NCBI GenBank assembly: GCA_021298155.1
Contig: JAJTEN010000026.1
Location: 4,297 to 68,296 of the forward strand
Reading direction: 5' to 3'
From: Sphingobacteriales bacterium
GTDB taxonomy: Bacteria > Bacteroidota > Bacteroidia > UKL13-3
DNA length: 64,000 bases
The position numbers were made by a program, and so were the translations under genes. This document shows, piece by piece, positions 61,386-64,000 of the stretch (position 1 is its first letter; every line of letters begins with the position of its first letter). Below the pieces are notes generated by a model. That model did no database searches, was not told where the DNA came from, and saw only the letters and a list, made by a program, of their open reading frames with translations.

Positions 61386-62170
61386 TCTATCTCTTCAAAA
61401 TTGATAATTACCTTTGAACCGGGCTTAAGTCCAAGTAATTGCGCACCTTTACCCCGGTTCATCGCAATAATTAAGTAATTGTTTTCATTAAATATCAATA
61501 AATCATCTCCCGGTTCAGCCTCACTAAAATGATTGCTAACCCTATCTATATAGTGTTTGCTCCAATAATATAAACGAAAAGCCCTACCCTTTCCAGAAGC
61601 TTCAAATACTGATTTATGGATATTGGTTATGGCATTCTGATAGGCATCAACATACATAACTGCACCTCCTAGTGAATTACCATCAAAAACGGCGTTCATA
61701 CTTTGCAATTCTTTCCCAATGCTTGATTCCGTTGCAAATGAACGAACACTCTGCTCAGAAAAATACTTGGCTATCAGGGGAAGAAAAATATTTTTTTCTG
61801 GAAACAAATCAGTAACATCAAGGTGTTTTTGATTGATTTCATACACTTCTTGCAATGGTTCATCGAAGAGCAGAGAAAAAATCCCATTGTCGGCAGCAAT
61901 AAAATGGTGTTTATTTTGCGTAACCCATAACATGCGTTTATGCATACTTAAACTGGTATCTACACCAATCAAATGGCATGTTCCTGCTGGGAAATTGTGA
62001 TAAACAGATTTTAGTAAAAAAGCGGTTTGAACCAAATCAAATGGATTTATTTGATGCGTTATTTCAACAATCCGTGTATTGGGTAATATGCTCAATCCTT
62101 TTCCAATGAGTGCTGCCCCGTATGGGCTACCCAAACCATAATCGGAAATAATTGTGATAACAGAGTTCAA
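61382..62170 (-). CDS. SAM hydroxide adenosyltransferase / chlorinase-fluorinase family (DUF62)
   Basis: ITIISDYG, FPAGTCHLIGVD, AADNG, YVDAYQNAITNI; TTG start. Confidence 0.85.
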   Translation of the reverse strand: MNSVITIISDYGLGSPYGAALIGKGLSILPNTRIVEITHQINPFDLVQTAFLLKSVYHNFPAGTCHLIGVDTSLSMHKRMLWVTQNKHHFIAADNGIFSLLFDEPLQEVYEINQKHLDVTDLFPEKNIFLPLIAKYFSEQSVRSFATESSIGKELQSMNAVFDGNSLGGAVMYVDAYQNAITNIHKSVFEASGKGRAFRLYYWSKHYIDRVSNHFSEAEPGDDLLIFNENNYLIIAMNRGKGAQLLGLKPGSKVIINFEEID

Positions 62171-62215
62171 AATCTTTTGTTATTTTCGTGCAAAATAATA
62201 GCAAAAAAGCACAAT

Positions 62216-63208
62216 TTGAACAACAAAGAAATCTTTATCGAACACATAGACCCTTCAGAGGCCTTTGGTGTTCACAATCAAAACCTAAAAACTTTTCAAT
62301 TACACTTCCCTCAATTAAAAATTGTTGCCAGGGGAAATCAAGTTATTTTGCAAGGAACCGAATCGGATATAGCACTTTTTGAAGAAAAGTTTGAGCATTT
62401 TTTGCAGCATATCAGGCAATTTGGAAACATCACGGAACAGCAACTTGAATCACTGTTTTTGGGAACCTTGCAAAAGGAAAACTCGCCATCAACAAAGGCA
62501 GACATTTCTGAAGGCGGAGAGGTAATTTTATATGGCAACCATGCCAAAGTAATAAAGGCCAAAACGCCCAACCAAAAGAAAATGGTATCGTTAATGAACA
62601 ATAATGATATTTTATTCGCCATTGGTCCGGCCGGAACAGGTAAAACCTATACAGCCGTTGCATTGGCCGTTAGGGCATTAAAAAATAAAGAAATAAAACG
62701 CATCATTTTAGCCAGACCAGCTGTAGAAGCTGGAGAGAATTTAGGCTTTTTGCCAGGTGATTTAAAAGAAAAAATAGACCCCTATTTGCGTCCATTATAC
62801 GATGCGTTAGATGATATGATTCCAGCAGATAAATTAAAATCATATATAGAAACACGCGTTATAGAGATTGCACCAATGGCATTTATGCGTGGTAGAACAT
62901 TAGACAATGCTTATGTTATTTTAGACGAAGCACAAAATGCTACAGACTTACAACTAAAAATGTTTTTAACCCGCATGGGACCAAATGCTAAATTCATAAT
63001 AACTGGAGATTTAACGCAAATAGACCTTCCCAAAAAAAATATGTCGGGCTTAGTTAAAGCCGTTAATATTTTAGAAGGTATCAAGGGAATAGAGTTTGCA
63101 TACCTTACCTTTGAAGATGTGGTTCGACATAAATTGGTGAAAAATATCATCAAGGCATACGATAAAAGCACAGAAATTAAACTAGACTTTTCGAAATATA
63201 GGGAATAA
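62216..63208 (+). CDS. phoH: PhoH family ATPase
   Basis: GPAGTGKT, RPAVEAGENLGFLPGD, AFMRGRTL, DEAQN, GDLTQIDLP, DVVRH; TTG start inferred. Confidence 0.93.
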   Translation: MNNKEIFIEHIDPSEAFGVHNQNLKTFQLHFPQLKIVARGNQVILQGTESDIALFEEKFEHFLQHIRQFGNITEQQLESLFLGTLQKENSPSTKADISEGGEVILYGNHAKVIKAKTPNQKKMVSLMNNNDILFAIGPAGTGKTYTAVALAVRALKNKEIKRIILARPAVEAGENLGFLPGDLKEKIDPYLRPLYDALDDMIPADKLKSYIETRVIEIAPMAFMRGRTLDNAYVILDEAQNATDLQLKMFLTRMGPNAKFIITGDLTQIDLPKKNMSGLVKAVNILEGIKGIEFAYLTFEDVVRHKLVKNIIKAYDKSTEIKLDFSKYRE

Positions 63209-64000
63209 TGATGCAACAAAAGAACGAATGGAAAGTTATCATTGGACAACTCTGGGAGAGTGCCATAGCGGCTATTTTTGCGCTCAAAAGTAATCCCATT
63301 CGGACTTTTCTATCTACTTTAGGCATTACCATTGGAATTTTCTGTATCATCATGGTATTGAGTATCGTAGATTCTCTTGAAAAAAACCTTCAAAACAGTG
63401 TTGATAGTTTAGGGAAAGATGTGGCGATTATAGAAAAATGGCCTTGGGAATTTGGGTCAACCTATAAATGGTGGAAATACATGAATAGGCCCAATCCAAC
63501 CTTAGATGAACTTAAAAAACTAGAAGAGCAAGTTACCCTTGCCAAAGCCCTTGCTTTGAGTGTAAATCTGCCCTCTGTTACCCTAAAATTTAGCAATTTA
63601 AGTGCAGAAAATGTAAGTGGCATGGCGGTATCGCAAGGTTATCCGGGTGTGCGCGATTTTGAATTGGAAGATGGCAGATTCTTTAGTGAGAATGAAATCA
63701 AAAATGGCGATCAGGTAGTGATGATTGGATCTGATATTGCACAAAACTTGTTTCCTACTTTAAGAGCCATAGATAGAATGGTTAGTATTAAAGGGAAAAA
63801 GTTTAAGGTAATTGGCTTGTTTAAAAAAGAAGGTGAAAGCATGCTAAATAATAGCATGGATAATGTATTTCTTATCCCAGTAAAAACGGCTGCAAACTTC
63901 TTACGCCTGAACAGCAATATGGTAAATAGCAGAATACAAGTAAAGGCAAAGGATGGAATAAGTGTTAACTTATTAGAGAATGAATTAAAAGGAATAATGA
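63208..64000 (+). CDS. MacB/FtsX-family ABC transporter permease, 5' part (runs off the window)
   Basis: Manual translation: MMQQKNEW...NPIRTFLSTLGITIGIFCII...KWPWEF...WWKYMNRP; TAATG overlap with phoH. Confidence 0.88.
   Translation, partial: MMQQKNEWKVIIGQLWESAIAAIFALKSNPIRTFLSTLGITIGIFCIIMVLSIVDSLEKNLQNSVDSLGKDVAIIEKWPWEFGSTYKWWKYMNRPNPTLDELKKLEEQVTLAKALALSVNLPSVTLKFSNLSAENVSGMAVSQGYPGVRDFELEDGRFFSENEIKNGDQVVMIGSDIAQNLFPTLRAIDRMVSIKGKKFKVIGLFKKEGESMLNNSMDNVFLIPVKTAANFLRLNSNMVNSRIQVKAKDGISVNLLENELKGIM

Noticed and set aside
1..64000. CRISPR array, rRNA, prophage, IS element or stop-codon recoding
   Set aside because: No spaced direct repeats, rRNA-like sequence, phage, transposase or integrase genes were seen; genes read through normally in the standard bacterial code

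Overview
An AT-rich, very compact chromosomal window from a Bacteroidota bacterium: it has Bacteroidota-type TAnnTTTG promoters and the gldKLMN type IX secretion/gliding core. Most of it is housekeeping: fabD, two m5C rRNA methyltransferases, bshB1, truB, uppP, ftsX, leuS, rfaD, queD, lhgO, hemD, hemW, lepA, folD, phoH and tRNA-Lys(UUU). It also holds an N-glycan-degradation cluster (GH20, glycosylasparaginase, CutC, GH2 beta-mannosidase, second GH20-like protein). I found no CRISPR array, rRNA, integrase or transposase. Four things stand out. (1) Three clean internal deletions remove conserved motifs from the beta-mannosidase (~4815), truB (~21453) and the essential leuS (~24462); these are most likely collapsed assembly gaps. 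(2) A tightly coupled four-gene envelope cassette sits downstream of tRNA-Lys (M48 metalloprotease, lipoprotein, beta-barrel, surface lipoprotein). (3) A 1161-aa putative outer-membrane protein with SprA-like motifs is translationally coupled to an NtrY-like kinase. (4) An IscA-like protein has no cysteines. All calls come from motif recognition by eye; no searches were run.
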